Positions 50,688 through 61,858 are shown, counted from the first letter of the stretch. The stretch: 64,000 bases of DNA from an uncultured Chthonomonadaceae bacterium (GCA_963835065.1 CAWIEK010000053.1:508595-572594); one strand, 5' to 3'. Numbers and translations are program-made. The notes: generated by a model from the letters alone, not told the origin.

Positions 50688-52308
50688 TGCTTTATCGCAA
50701 GTCTTTTTCATTCGTCGCTCGGGAGCCTGCATTGGACACTGCTGAACTGTATAAGCGGGGTGTGGAAGCGCTGGACGCGGAGCAGTTTGCGGACGCGGCT
50801 GCGATGCTGGCGGAAGTGGCGCGGCAGCGACCCGGCGATGCGCTGTGCCGCTCACAGTTGGGGGATGCGCTGACCGAGTTGGAACGGGCGGAAGAAGCGG
50901 AAGAAGCGTATCGGGAAGCCGCGCGACTGGAACCGGAAAACGACGAGTATCAGAACGCCTGGGGTAGCGCGTTGCTGGCGTTGGGGCGGATGGAAGCGGC
51001 GGTACAGGCGTTTCAGGCTGCCGCGCGGATTGCTCCCGACGATGCCCACAATTGGAAATGCCTGGCCTATGTCCACGCGGAACTGGAACAGCGGGCGGAA
51101 GCAATTTCCGCCTACCGTCAGGCAATGCGGCTCGACGCGGACGATGACGACGCTTTGCAGGACATGGCATTTATTCTGGATGAAGCCGGGCAATCGGAAG
51201 AAGCCGTCGCGCTTTATGAAGGCTTGCGGGAACGCTTGCCCGCTGATGCCCGCCTGTGCTATAACATGGGCATCGCGCTCAGTCACATGGAACGAACGGA
51301 CGCGGCGCTGCAAGCGTATCGAGAAACAATACGCCTGAACCCGAAGTACGCCAAAGCGCATTTCAATATCGGCGCGATTTTGCAGGAGCAGGGGCAGTTA
51401 AAGGAAGCCTTCAACGCTTTTCGGGACGCGGTTCTCGCCAAACCGGATTATGGACGCGCGTATTTTCGCCTGGGCAACATTCTCAGCGAGTGGGAGGAGT
51501 GGGAAGACGCGATTGAAGCGTATCGCCATGCCATTCGCTGCGACTACGCCCCCGATGAGGCATGGAACAACATCGGCACGGCGTACAGCGATTGGGACCG
51601 CGACGAAGACGCCCTGGCCGCGTATCACGAAGCGCTACGCCTGAACGACACGCTGCACGATACGTGGTTTAATCTTGGACTGTGCCTGACGCGCTTGGAA
51701 CGCTATACGGAAGCCATTGCCGCCCACGAACGCGCCCTCAACCTGGTTCCCGACGAGCCGGATTATCTGGACAATCTTGGCATTGCGCTTGATCTGTCCG
51801 GCAGGCATGACGAGGCCATTGTGGTTTACGAACACGCCCTGGACGTAAACCCCTATCGCGCCAGCCTGCACCACAACATTGCCATCTCCCTGAGCAATGT
51901 CAATCAGAAAGAAGAGGCTTTGGAAGCGTTTCGGACTGCCGTGCGCTTGCAGCCTGACCGTGCGCGGTATTGGAGCAGTTTGGGCGACATGCTGCGCGAA
52001 ATGGGCGAGGAAGACGAAGCCGTAGAAGCCCTCCAACAGGGCGCAAAACTCGATCCCAACAACGCCGATGTGCGCTTCTGCCTGGGCGACCTGCTTGATG
52101 ATATGGGACGCTACCCGGAAGCCATCGCCGCCTTCAAGCAGCCATTGTCATTGACCCGGACGACGCGCAAACCCGCTACTATCTGGGCGTCGCCCTCGAC
52201 AACGCCGGACGCCGCGCCGACGCCCGCTGGGAATGGCAGCGCGTCCTCACGCTCAACGATCCCGAAATGCGCGAGTTAGCCCGCGAAGCGCTCAATCACG
52301 GCATTTAG
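50687..52308 (+). CDS. Long TPR-repeat protein, frameshift near 52140
   Basis: Many consecutive TPRs; shifted frame continues SLTPDD-like/YYLGVALDNAGRR...REALNHGI-stop. Confidence 0.88.
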
Positions 52309-52334
52309 AAAGTTTCTCATAGAAAGAACACGCT

Positions 52335-53469
52335 ATGAAACGTTTTTCAACCTTCAACCTTCTTTTTCTGCTTGTGTGCCGTTATGTTGTGCCGTCAAAG
52401 CGCAAACGCGCAAACCGATACCAGCCCGGACACGTTCAAAACGTGGGGATTGGAAACGCTCAACCGTATTGAGGCCGATTACGCCCTTCCCGGACGCGGC
52501 TTGTATGCGGATGAGTGGAAGCGCGATCAAGCGAAACCGGGCGGGCCAGCGTTTATGTGGGGATGCGGCGTCCAACTGACGGCGCTGGCGGCGGCGGCAA
52601 AACTGGACCCGACCCACTACGACGCCCGCCTGCGCCGTTTCGCCAAAGGCATGGACGTGTACTGGCAGAACAACGCCAACAAAATCTATGCCTACGACGT
52701 GCAGCCCGGTCCCAAGTCCGCCGACCGCTATTACGATGATAACATCTGGATATGCCTGGCGCTGTGCGAGGTGTACGAAGTTACAAAGGAACCAGCGTAC
52801 CGTGACCGCGCGGAAATGGTTTTCGCGTTCGTGCTGAGTGGCGAAGATACGAAACTGGATGGCGGCATCTACTGGCACGAGCAGGATAAGCGCAGTAAAA
52901 ACGCCTGCTCCAACGGGTCGGCTGCCGCCGCCGCCCTGCGCCTGTACCAGATCACGGGTAAGAAAACCTATCTTGACGCCGGGAAACGCTTATATGCCTG
53001 GACGAACGCGCATTTGCAGGATACGGACGGCCTGTATTGGGATAATATGCGCTTGGACGGCGTAATAGAAAAGATGAAGTGGTCGTACAACACCGCCCTA
53101 ATGCTGCGCGCCAATTGCCTGCTGTACGAAATCACCAAAGACGCGAAGTACATTGACGAAGCGGAACGGGTAGCCCGCGCTGCCGAAGCGCATTGGGTAA
53201 AATCCGACACGGGCGCGATGGCGGACGGCGGCGCGTTCGCGCACCTGTTGTGCGAAGCGTTCCTGTACCTCGCCGCGCAGGACAGCAGCAGCCATTGGAC
53301 AACCCTCGTCCGCCGCGCCCTGACCTTCGTACATGACAAAGTGCGCGACACAGACGGGCATTACGGCGACCATTGGGATCAGCCCCTTACCAAGCCTTTG
53401 GACAAGGCCAGTATGCTCAATCAGGCAAGCGCCGCCCGCGCCTTTCTCACCGCCGCGTATCTGCCATGA
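52335..53469 (+). CDS. GH76 family glycoside hydrolase (alpha-1,6-mannanase-like); indel in the signal peptide region
   Basis: RYYDDNIW, GGIYW, SKNACSN, WSYN. Confidence 0.88.
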
Positions 53470-53470
53470 G

Positions 53471-53545
53471 CAAGTTGATAGTTGATAGTTGATAGTTGAT
53501 AGCAGTGCAGGAACTGCGAATTTTCAGCGCCTCTCCGCTTAGAAC
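53471..53545 (+). repeat. About 75-bp dispersed element, copy 2
   Basis: (GTTGATA)4-GCAGTGCAGGAACTGCGAATTTTCAGCGCCTCTCCGCTTAGAA. Confidence 0.8.
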
Positions 53546-53612
53546 CTATGGAGATAGGTTCCCCTTCTCTCAACTTTGTGAGAAGGGGTTAGGGTTTGAG
53601 GGCAAAATACAC

Positions 53613-54720
53613 ATGCCAAACGCCGAACCAATCGAACAACAGCCAGTGGAAACGCCGATAATGCAAGCCCATGAAGCCGATGAGGAGACGGGGCAAACTC
53701 TGTCCCTGCGGCAGATACGGCGCATCCTCAACGACAGCCGCGACAGCGAGGAACGCCGCCGCGCCGCGCAGGAATTGCTGCCGCGCCTGTGGGATCGGAT
53801 GCCCTGGAACCGCTATGCGGCAGGCTGCGCGCTGACAACCCGCGTGTACCTGCCGTCTACAATGCTGTGGCTGGAATGGGGTTCGTTTCCCAATGTGCTG
53901 ACGCGCGAACTGCGGCGTAACAAAGTGGGGACGCTGCCGCCCACAACCGGGGCGCGGCGCGACGCCCTGACATTGACTCTCGGCGCGATGCTCAAGAATT
54001 GGTATGACCGCTACATTCGCATGTCAACCGGCAAGCGGGGCGAACCTAACATCAATTTCGACATTGCCGCCGATGTGTGCGAGGCAATCGGGCGATTGGG
54101 CATTGTGGAAGCGGAAAAAGACCTGCTTAGACGTGATTTCCCGTTTTGCCGCAACGAGTAATCAGGTGCGCAGCGCGGCCCTGCTCGCCCTTGCTGCCCT
54201 GCCGCCCGACCAACTCACCCAAACGTGGGAATGGCTGCACAATGGCGCGCAGCGCGAACGCCGCATGATCGGTGACGCGCTTGCCTACATGACCCTGCCC
54301 GAAGCCGTGCCGTACCTGCTGCAATCCCTGCCCGTTATTGCCGGTGACCCGGCCATACAGGAACCTGTCGGCAGACCCCTTCTGCTTGCTCTCGGACGCA
54401 TCGGCGACCCGCGCGCCCTGCCCGACCTGAACATTCTTGCCCGCAGCGAGCGCCATCCCTTGCAGCCGACTGCCCGCAAAGCCATCAAAATTTTAATGAA
54501 GGAAGCGGAAGGCCATGAGGAAGTAACGCTCGTGCGCGCGTCCGGCGCATCGTCCATTGCGGAAGATACGCTGCTGCGCGCGTCCTCGGAAAATGCCGCG
54601 AACCTGCGCCCCGAACAGCTTTTACGCGCCACCACACTGGAAAGCAAAGCGGAAACTCCTGCCCCGCCTTCCCAAGAGAAAGCCGACGCCAATCGCGAGT
54701 CGAAAGCAAGCGAGGCGTAG
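53613..54720 (+). CDS. HEAT-repeat protein with C-terminal LLR motifs; frameshift near 54135
   Basis: VRSAALLALAAL, ALGRIGDPRALPDL; tail TLVRAS/TLLRAS/PEQLLRA. Confidence 0.75.
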
Positions 54721-54723
54721 CCC

Positions 54724-55872
54724 ATGCCGTTCTGGAACTGGAACCTGTTTCGTAAACCAACAATGGACGCTTCAGGCTGCAACGCCTACGCCGACACGCT
54801 TGGTCTCGTGGCTCATGCGCGCGCCGAGTTGTCGCCTCCCTCGATAAGAAGTAACGCTGTAAACGCTCACGGCGATCAAATCTTATCTGAAGCCACCCCT
54901 CTGAAACCGAGAACGAATGTGCTAGTTGGCAAGTTGTTAGCCGGTCTATGGCAAGATGACCCCATTATCCTGCTCCTTGTACATGACGCGCTTACGAGGC
55001 GTCCACAGTACGATCCAATCATGCGCGGTATGGCCGGGAACACTGCCCTTGACAGGGAATTGCTGCAAATTGCTTCTATGCCGGGCGTGGCTGCCGCCGC
55101 TCTGCCTGCCTCCTACTTCATGCGAGAATTGCAGGCGTTTACGCGGCGGCAGACTCCCTGTTGTCCTGAGGATTGTGAAGTGCGTTATGATGCCGTTGTT
55201 GCCGGTCTGCGCGCCTGCCTGCGCCATAACATGCAGGAACTACACCAGACGGACGAAATAGTTCCGCTGGATTACGTGTTCGACTGCCTGAAAATAGGTT
55301 CCAAACTGGCCGCAGACGATTACCTGCGGGAAGTTTTCTGCGAAATGCTAATAACCATCAGGCAAATTATCGCTTTAGAGCGGGACGGCCCGCTTATATC
55401 GCGTCTGGAAACGCTGCGGCGTGAGCTGCACACGTTTCTGTTTCGGGCTTCGCATACACACCCTATTCTATGGCAGATGCTCAAAGACCCGGCAACTTCC
55501 GAAGTGTTCTGGCCGGTTGTGGACATGATGCGCAGCCACTGGTGTAGCCCCTTTGTACCCCCATTGCTGGACGCGCTGCCGTTTCTGTCGGACGACGGCA
55601 AGGCGCGTGTGATTGCCGCCTTACATGACATTGGCGACCCATCCGCTTTGCCGGCCTTGCAGCAGTTGGCGCAGGAGAAAACCTCCCGCGTATCGCCCCT
55701 TGCGGCGAAAGCCGTCAAGTCTATCCTGCGCCACAATAAAGGCGATGCGGCGCAACTGCTGCGCGCGGCGGATGCGCAGGGCAACGCAAACGCAGGCGCG
55801 ACGCTGCTGCGGCCTGTAGAAGCGAACGCAAACCTGACGCGCCCGGAGGAACTGCTGCGCCCGGAGAATTGA
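54724..55872 (+). CDS. HEAT-repeat protein with C-terminal LLR motifs
   Basis: ALHDIGDPSALPAL; tail QLLRAA/TLLRPV/PEELLRP. Confidence 0.75.
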   Translation: MPFWNWNLFRKPTMDASGCNAYADTLGLVAHARAELSPPSIRSNAVNAHGDQILSEATPLKPRTNVLVGKLLAGLWQDDPIILLLVHDALTRRPQYDPIMRGMAGNTALDRELLQIASMPGVAAAALPASYFMRELQAFTRRQTPCCPEDCEVRYDAVVAGLRACLRHNMQELHQTDEIVPLDYVFDCLKIGSKLAADDYLREVFCEMLITIRQIIALERDGPLISRLETLRRELHTFLFRASHTHPILWQMLKDPATSEVFWPVVDMMRSHWCSPFVPPLLDALPFLSDDGKARVIAALHDIGDPSALPALQQLAQEKTSRVSPLAAKAVKSILRHNKGDAAQLLRAADAQGNANAGATLLRPVEANANLTRPEELLRPEN

Positions 55873-55894
55873 CCCTGTCCCAAAACCAGTGCCA

Positions 55895-56017
55895 TTCAAA
55901 TAAGAGTTCGTAGGGGCGTGATTCATCAACGTCCTCCAATCTACCGCATCACGCCCGCAAAATGTCTATTCCGAGAGAGGGCGCAATAAATTGCGCCCCT
56001 ACGAACTCTTATTTGAA
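55895..56017. repeat. GTAG-type REP doublet within a long inverted repeat
   Basis: Perfect 24-bp IR TTCAAATAAGAGTTCGTAGGGGCG / CGCCCCTACGAACTCTTATTTGAA; internal GGGCGCAATAAATTGCGCCC hairpin. Confidence 0.9.
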
Positions 56018-56063
56018 CGGTATTGTTCCTAAAACCCTGAAACCTTAGAACCCTACTCCCTGC

Positions 56064-57338
56064 TCACTTGCTTTGCGAGGCGCGGATTGGGCCGATCCAG
56101 AGCGTGTTTTGCTGAGACTGCTCGGCGGTGAAGGCGGCGGTGTCGGCAATGGTCAGGTTTTTCAGTTGCGAGAAGTCCAGTTTGCCTTTTGGGTCGGGGG
56201 GCGAGTCGTCGGTCAGCGTGAAGTTAGCGAAAAACAGGGCTTTGCGCGCGACGGCGCTGTCCGCGGGCACATCTACAAAGGCGCTGTATTTCACACCGTT
56301 TTTTTCTTCCAGCACGAAGATCAGTTTAGTGGCTTTGGTGGAAGCCACGTCGAACTGAAGTTGATTATAAGGGGTTAAATTGACGTTGTGCATATCGTGG
56401 ATGAGGGCGGCGAACTTGCCCTTTTCCTGCGTGTAGTCTAAGCGCAGGGCGCGGCCTTTGGTAGGCGCTTTGGCATCCACCTGCATTTCCACATTGCCGA
56501 GCGGAAGCCACGTTAGCGTGTCGCGCCGCAGCGATTCGAGCCATAGCCCGCTTTTCTCGTCGGGCAGTGTGGGTTCCGGCTTATCGGGGGCGGGAAGTGT
56601 GGTCAGGGCGGCGAAATCGTCAATCCACAGCGAATGTTCGCCGGTGACGAAGGGGAACAGCGCGGCGTTACCGGGCGTGTCTTTCACGCTCAAAGCGGCA
56701 TACGCATACAGATTAAGCAGGGTGACGCTTTCGATTTGATCCATGTCCAGTTTGCCGTCAGGGTCTTTGGGATCGTCCTTGCCGTCCGTGAGCGCAAAAT
56801 CCGTGGTGGCTAAAACCACCTGATGCCACTGGTTTTTGGGCAGCCAGATCACGGCCACGTAGCGCCCGCCGCCGTTCTTTTCGGTCAGTGTCACGGCAAG
56901 CGGCGTGTTGGCGTCCGTCCGCGCCCAAAAACTCAGGGCGCGGGCTTTTGCCAGTTGGCCGTCCGGGATGGGGCGTACCAGCGCGTCGAGCGGGAGTTGG
57001 CCGGCTTCCACCGCCGCGCCGCCGTTCTCAAGGCGGTAATTGAACGACAGGGCGCTTTTACCGTTTTTCACTTTGCCCGCTTCGTTGGTCGTGCCTACGC
57101 GCGCATGAGGTCCGTACCCCATCCACGTATTGGCATCCGTTTCAAACGTATCCGTGAAAATGCTGTCATCGGCACGCGCCGACCGGGGCGCAATGGTGAG
57201 AACGGCGGCAAGCGCCAGCGCGGACACCCCCGCCGACAGGGAAGAGCGCCGGAAACGCGGAGCGTAAGCGAAACGAGCGGCTTCAAGAATTTGCGCAACG
57301 GCGCAGCGCGCGGTGTTCGTATTATTTCTGTGAATCAT
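56064..57338 (-). CDS. Secreted protein with two carbohydrate-binding-like (CBM11/CIA30-type) beta-sandwich domains
   Basis: Duplicated motifs ALSFNY/ALRLDY, LTEKNG/LEEKNG, DPDGKLD/DPKGKLD, LWIDD/LWIGP. Confidence 0.65.
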   Translation of the reverse strand: MIHRNNTNTARCAVAQILEAARFAYAPRFRRSSLSAGVSALALAAVLTIAPRSARADDSIFTDTFETDANTWMGYGPHARVGTTNEAGKVKNGKSALSFNYRLENGGAAVEAGQLPLDALVRPIPDGQLAKARALSFWARTDANTPLAVTLTEKNGGGRYVAVIWLPKNQWHQVVLATTDFALTDGKDDPKDPDGKLDMDQIESVTLLNLYAYAALSVKDTPGNAALFPFVTGEHSLWIDDFAALTTLPAPDKPEPTLPDEKSGLWLESLRRDTLTWLPLGNVEMQVDAKAPTKGRALRLDYTQEKGKFAALIHDMHNVNLTPYNQLQFDVASTKATKLIFVLEEKNGVKYSAFVDVPADSAVARKALFFANFTLTDDSPPDPKGKLDFSQLKNLTIADTAAFTAEQSQQNTLWIGPIRASQSK

Positions 57339-57526
57339 GGAAACGTGCCTTTCTCCGTCCGCGCCATTACTAAATCTGCAAGAAGGCTGCAGGAATGTCG
57401 CGATTCGGAAGGGTGCAAAGCGGGTATGCTGTCAGACGAGACGATTGGCAGGTATCATAGGTTTCATCAAGCGCGTTGCATTGTAAATTGACACTGTTCC
57501 TAATCTCTATGTCTGGAGGCGCTTTT

Positions 57527-58339
57527 ATGCCCGGCCCGTTTCTCGGAATGGACCCGTATTTGGAAGACCCGATAGGCTGGCCGGATGTTCACGACGGTCT
57601 TATCGGCTGCCTGCGCGCCGAGTTGAACCATCTGCTGCCGCCCGAATATGCCGCGCGTATTCAGGAGCGGTGCTACATTGTGAATCCGCGCCGGGATGTG
57701 ATTCCTGACCTGATGGTTCGTCGGCAGCCAACCCCGGCGTCTACCACACCCGAACGGCGCAGTGTGGTGGTTATGCAGCAAAGCGATCCTGCCCTGAAAG
57801 CGCGCTTGTCTCCACTGGAAATACGGGAACCGGCGCTGGAAATCATCCATGCGCGCGAGGGGCGTCGCGTGGTGACAGCCATTGAAGTCCTCAGCCCCTC
57901 CAACAAAGCGCCCAACAGCAAAGGCAACCGCCTGTACCGCCGAAAGCAGCGGGAACTGCTGGCGAGCCGCACCCATTTCATCGAAATAGACTTGCTGCGT
58001 GCGGGCGAACCTACCGTTGCCGTTTCACCCGGCGTGTTGGGAAGAGACACGCGATGGCATTATCTGATTTGCCTGTATCGCGCGGGACAATCACTCGCGG
58101 AACAGGATGGTGACGTGTGGCCTATACTGCTGTCGCAGCGCCTGCCTCGTATCGCCGTACCGCTTGACGAGGGCGTACCGGACATTATTTTGGATATGCA
58201 GGCCGTTTTTGACCGCAACTACGAGGAAGGCGCGTATGCGCGTCAGGTAAACTATACGCAAGACCCCGTTCCGCCGCTAACGCCGGAAGAAGCCTTATGG
58301 GCAAACGCTTTGCTGAAGGAACGCGGCTTGCGCTCCTAA
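57527..58339 (+). CDS. DUF4058 family protein
   Basis: MPGPFLGMDPYLE, VVTAIEVLSPSNK, IEIDLLRAG. Confidence 0.88.
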   Translation: MPGPFLGMDPYLEDPIGWPDVHDGLIGCLRAELNHLLPPEYAARIQERCYIVNPRRDVIPDLMVRRQPTPASTTPERRSVVVMQQSDPALKARLSPLEIREPALEIIHAREGRRVVTAIEVLSPSNKAPNSKGNRLYRRKQRELLASRTHFIEIDLLRAGEPTVAVSPGVLGRDTRWHYLICLYRAGQSLAEQDGDVWPILLSQRLPRIAVPLDEGVPDIILDMQAVFDRNYEEGAYARQVNYTQDPVPPLTPEEALWANALLKERGLRS

Positions 58340-58370
58340 AGTATTTATCGGGAATGAGTTTCAAGAACAC

Positions 58371-59554
58371 CATGATAAACAATTTCTTCTGTTTTCTTTT
58401 GGCGCTGCCGCTATTTTCGATAGCGCTGTCCGCGTCCGCGCAATCGGCTCAGAATTCTTCCACAGCCGGAACGCGCTCGATTTCAAGCCGCGCTTCAGCC
58501 GTTTGTGGACAGCCACGCGCTTGCCGGGGTGGTGACGCTGGTGGCGGACAAGGACAAAGTGTTGGATGTGGAAGCGGTCGGGTACGCGGATGTTGCGGCG
58601 GGTAAGCCGATGAAGCCCAACGCGCTGTTCTGGATCGCGTCGCAGTCCAAACCGATTACGGCCACGTGCCTGATGATGCTTGTGGATGAGGGCAAGCTGA
58701 AGCTGGACGACCCGGTAGAAAAGTACCTGCCGGAGTTTCGGGGGCAATGGCTGATCGTGGAGCAGGACGGAGCGCATCAGCGGCTTCAGCATCCTCCACA
58801 CCCGATTACTGTCCGGGAAATTCTCAGCCATACCAGCGGCCTGCCGTTTTCGTCCGCAATGGAAAATCCTACGCTCGACGGGTTGCCGCTTTCCATTGCC
58901 GTTCGCAGTTACGCCATGACGCCGCTGCAATACGAACCGGGCGCGAAGTACCAGTACGCTAATGCGGGCATCAACACGGCGGGAAGATTGATCGAAGTGT
59001 TGAGCGGCATGCCCTACGAGCAATTCCTGCAAACGCGCTTGTTCGATCCGTTGGGCATGAAGGATACGACGTTCTGGCCCAGCAAAGCGCAGGTGGCACG
59101 ACTGGCAAAATCCTACCGGCCCAATGGTGACAAAACCGATCTGGAAGAAACTACCGTCACGCAATTGAAGTACCCGCTCAGTGACCATGCTTCGCGCTAT
59201 CCCATGCCCGCGGGCGGCCTGTTTTCCACCGCCGCCGATCTGTCGCGCTTCTGCCGCATGGTTCTCAACAAAGGGGAACTGGACGGCAGGCGCTATCTGT
59301 CGGAAGCGTCCGTGCAGGAAATGACTCGCAAGCAAACCGGAAACCTGCCGGACGGCTACGGATTGGGATGGGCGGTTGGCGGGGATTGGTTCGGACACGG
59401 CGGCGCATACGCGACCAACATGACGGTTGACACGCAGCGCGGACTGGTTCTGATTTATCTGGTTCAGCACGCAGGCTTTCCCAAGAATGGCGACCAGAGT
59501 GGTGGAGCCTTCCAAAACGCGGCGCGCCAGCAGTTCGGGCAGGCGAGTAAGTGA
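58371..59554 (+). CDS. Serine hydrolase, beta-lactamase family; signal peptide separated by a frameshift near 58490
   Basis: FWIASQSK (SxxK), LSHTSGL, YQYAN, GGLFST, FGHGG. Confidence 0.9.
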
Positions 59555-59562
59555 GGGGTTTG

Positions 59563-59889
59563 ATGCACTACCTGTTGTTTTATGAAGTTGTAGAAGATTA
59601 TGCGGAGCGGCGGCAGGCGTTTCGCGCCGCGCATCTTGCCCACGCGCAGGCAGCCGTAGCGCGGGGGGAATTGCTGCTGGCCGGCGCGTTTGCCAATCCT
59701 GTTGACGGCGCATTGTTGGTGTTTCAGGGTTCCTCGCCGGATGGGGCTGAAAACTTTGCCCGCGCCGATCCTTATGTCCTCAATGGCCTCGTCACGCAAT
59801 GGCGGGTGCGAGAGTGGACAACCGTTGTGGGCGAAGGCGCGGCGGTTCCTATAGCGAATTTGGGAATAGCCGCGAATGAACGCGAATAA
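59563..59889 (+). CDS. YciI-like protein
   Basis: RAAHL, LLLAGAF, DPYVLNGLV...REW. Confidence 0.88.
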   Translation: MHYLLFYEVVEDYAERRQAFRAAHLAHAQAAVARGELLLAGAFANPVDGALLVFQGSSPDGAENFARADPYVLNGLVTQWRVREWTTVVGEGAAVPIANLGIAANERE

Positions 59890-59897
59890 ACGCGAAT
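59865..59897 (+). repeat. 33-bp decamer repeat providing the YciI stop codon
   Basis: AATAGCCGCGAATGAACGCGAATAAACGCGAAT. Confidence 0.95.
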
Positions 59898-59904
59898 AAC
59901 TTGT

Positions 59905-60978
59905 ATGCTTATGCGCTACCTTATCCTCAATGCGGACGATTTCGGTTACTCGGAAGAAGTGAACGCCGCTATTTTACGGTCGCACCTGGAAGGCGTACTG
60001 ACCAGCGCCAGCCTGATGGTTGGGGAACCGGCCTGTGAACAGGCGGTTGAAATCGCGCGGCAAACGCCTACGCTCGGCGTCGGCTTGCACCTGACCGTCA
60101 CGTATGACCGCGCCCTACTTCCCCCCCGCGAGATACCTCTATTAGTGAACGCGCAGGGGCGGTTCGGCGCAGACCCGTTTCCCGTCGCATGGCGCTATTT
60201 TTGGAATCGCGGTGCGCAGGCGCAGCTTCGGCGGGAAATGGAAGCGCAATTCACCCGCTTTGCCCACTTCGGCCTCCCCTGGTCACACGTAGACGGCCAC
60301 CAGCATTTTCACCTGCACCCGACCGTGTGGGACACGCTGCTCGATTTATGCGACGCTCACAACGTCCTTTGCCTGCGCGTTCCCCGCGAAGACACAAGGG
60401 CGCACTTCAGGCAGGGGAGGGAAGACAAGGAGACAGGGAACAGGGAACAGGGAACAGGGAACAGAGGAGAAGACGGAAGACGGAAGACGGAAGACGGAAG
60501 AGGCTCAATCGAAAATCGAAAATCGAAAATCGAAAATCGCATTGAAGGTTTTAGCCTGAATACCATATCGTCCCTGTTTTTGCGGCTGCTGCGGCGGCGG
60601 AATTTGCGCGTCCTGCGGGAGCGGAAAACGTTGGGCGGCAAGCCCGCGTTTTTTTGTGAGCGCGTGTACGGGCAATTGCAGACCGGCAACATGCACGAAT
60701 CCTATATGCTGGCGTTGCTGGACCGCCTTCATGCCTACACGAACGAAATTTATTTTCATCCCGGCAGCCCTCACGCCCGCCCACTGCCTGCCGCATTACA
60801 ACGGGAAGGGGTACGCGATGTGGAACTCCATACGCTATTATCGTCCGCCGTTCGCGCCCGCATCGAAAGCCTGGAACTGCAAATCGGCACGTATGCGCAA
60901 ATCGAAGCGGCAAACGCGCAGCATAATACTGTTGCGAAGCGAATGAAGATGGAAATAGCCGCGAATGAACGCGAATAA
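59905..60978 (+). CDS. ChbG/HpnK (YdjC) family deacetylase with an in-frame heptamer array
   Basis: LNADDFG, TSASLMV, GVGLHL, HVDGHQHFH, EIYFHPG. Confidence 0.9.
   Translation: MLMRYLILNADDFGYSEEVNAAILRSHLEGVLTSASLMVGEPACEQAVEIARQTPTLGVGLHLTVTYDRALLPPREIPLLVNAQGRFGADPFPVAWRYFWNRGAQAQLRREMEAQFTRFAHFGLPWSHVDGHQHFHLHPTVWDTLLDLCDAHNVLCLRVPREDTRAHFRQGREDKETGNREQGTGNRGEDGRRKTEDGRGSIENRKSKIENRIEGFSLNTISSLFLRLLRRRNLRVLRERKTLGGKPAFFCERVYGQLQTGNMHESYMLALLDRLHAYTNEIYFHPGSPHARPLPAALQREGVRDVELHTLLSSAVRARIESLELQIGTYAQIEAANAQHNTVAKRMKMEIAANERE
60428..60540 (+). repeat. In-frame three-block heptamer array
   Basis: (AGGGAAC)4, (AAGACGG)4, (AAAATCG)4. Confidence 0.95.
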
Positions 60979-60986
60979 ACGCGAAT
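60954..60986 (+). repeat. 33-bp decamer repeat providing the YdjC stop codon, identical to 59865-59897
   Basis: AATAGCCGCGAATGAACGCGAATAAACGCGAAT. Confidence 0.95.
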
Positions 60987-61081
60987 GGAAAACGATTGAA
61001 TTTGTAATCGCTTGCGTCCGCGCATAGAACGCGCAATAAGTTAGGGAAGGATACAAAGTTCTCCGAACTCGCCGCGAAAAA

Positions 61082-61107
61082 TGAACATTCGGAAGCGTCC
61101 TGCGTCT
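61082..61107 (+). promoter_or_regulatory. Putative autoregulatory ECF promoter
   Basis: TGAAC-16 nt-CGTCT upstream of the ECF sigma gene. Confidence 0.55.
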
Positions 61108-61188
61108 GCAAGTGTAGAAGCGTTGTTTCGCTGAACTGATAAGCGGGCGAACAATTCAAGATCATACTTGCGGTAAGCGGAGAATAGA

Positions 61189-61791
61189 ATGTTTGCTGTG
61201 GGGAACATTATGCAGGCGGACTTTGCGCTGGTACAGCGCGCTCAGGCCAATGACCGGGCGGCTTTCAATGAAATCGTCCTGCGCTACAAAAGCAAGGTGT
61301 ATAATTACGTGCGCCGTATGGTTCCGAGCGCCCCGGATGCCGAAGACTTGACGCAGGAAACGTTCGTGCGCGCGTATCTAAGCATACACTCGTTTCAGTC
61401 GCGCGCCAGCCTGAATACGTGGCTGTTTCGCATCGCCACCAACCTGTGCATTGACTACAGCCGCAAAAACAAGAACAAGCAGGGCATGACCACCTCGCTG
61501 TCACAGGAAAATGACGAAGAAGACGAAACGCAGCGCGATATTCCCGATACCGCCTTCGATCCGCAGCGTCTGCTCTTAAACAAAGAACTGGGATCGCAGT
61601 TGGACGCCGCCCTGAGCGAGTTACCGGAAAAACTGCGCGCCGTCGTCCTGTTATATGATGTCGAAGGTTTGGCGTATGATGAAATCGCCACTATTACGGC
61701 CTGTCCGTTGGGAACCGTGAAGTCCCGCCTGTTCAACGCCCGCAACGCCCTGCGAACAAAGTTATCGCCCTATTTGAAGGGGGCGGCGTAG
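61189..61791 (+). CDS. ECF RNA polymerase sigma factor (RpoE/SigW-like)
   Basis: DAEDLTQETFVRAY, TWLFRIATNLCID, YDEIA...PLGTVKSRLFNAR. Confidence 0.95.
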   Translation: MFAVGNIMQADFALVQRAQANDRAAFNEIVLRYKSKVYNYVRRMVPSAPDAEDLTQETFVRAYLSIHSFQSRASLNTWLFRIATNLCIDYSRKNKNKQGMTTSLSQENDEEDETQRDIPDTAFDPQRLLLNKELGSQLDAALSELPEKLRAVVLLYDVEGLAYDEIATITACPLGTVKSRLFNARNALRTKLSPYLKGAA

Positions 61792-61793
61792 GA

Positions 61794-61858
61794 AGGCATC
61801 AGGCATTAGGCATTAGAGAAGAACATGTATCCATAATGCCTAATGCCTAATGCCTAAT
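61794..61858. repeat. Inverted heptamer arrays (AGGCATY)n / (TAATGCC)n
   Basis: Seen directly between the sigma and anti-sigma genes. Confidence 0.9.

Noticed and set aside
59866..59889. IAANERE as an ssrA-like degradation tag
   Set aside because: Only AAN resembles the tag start; the terminal LAA determinant is absent and the peptide derives from a DNA repeat
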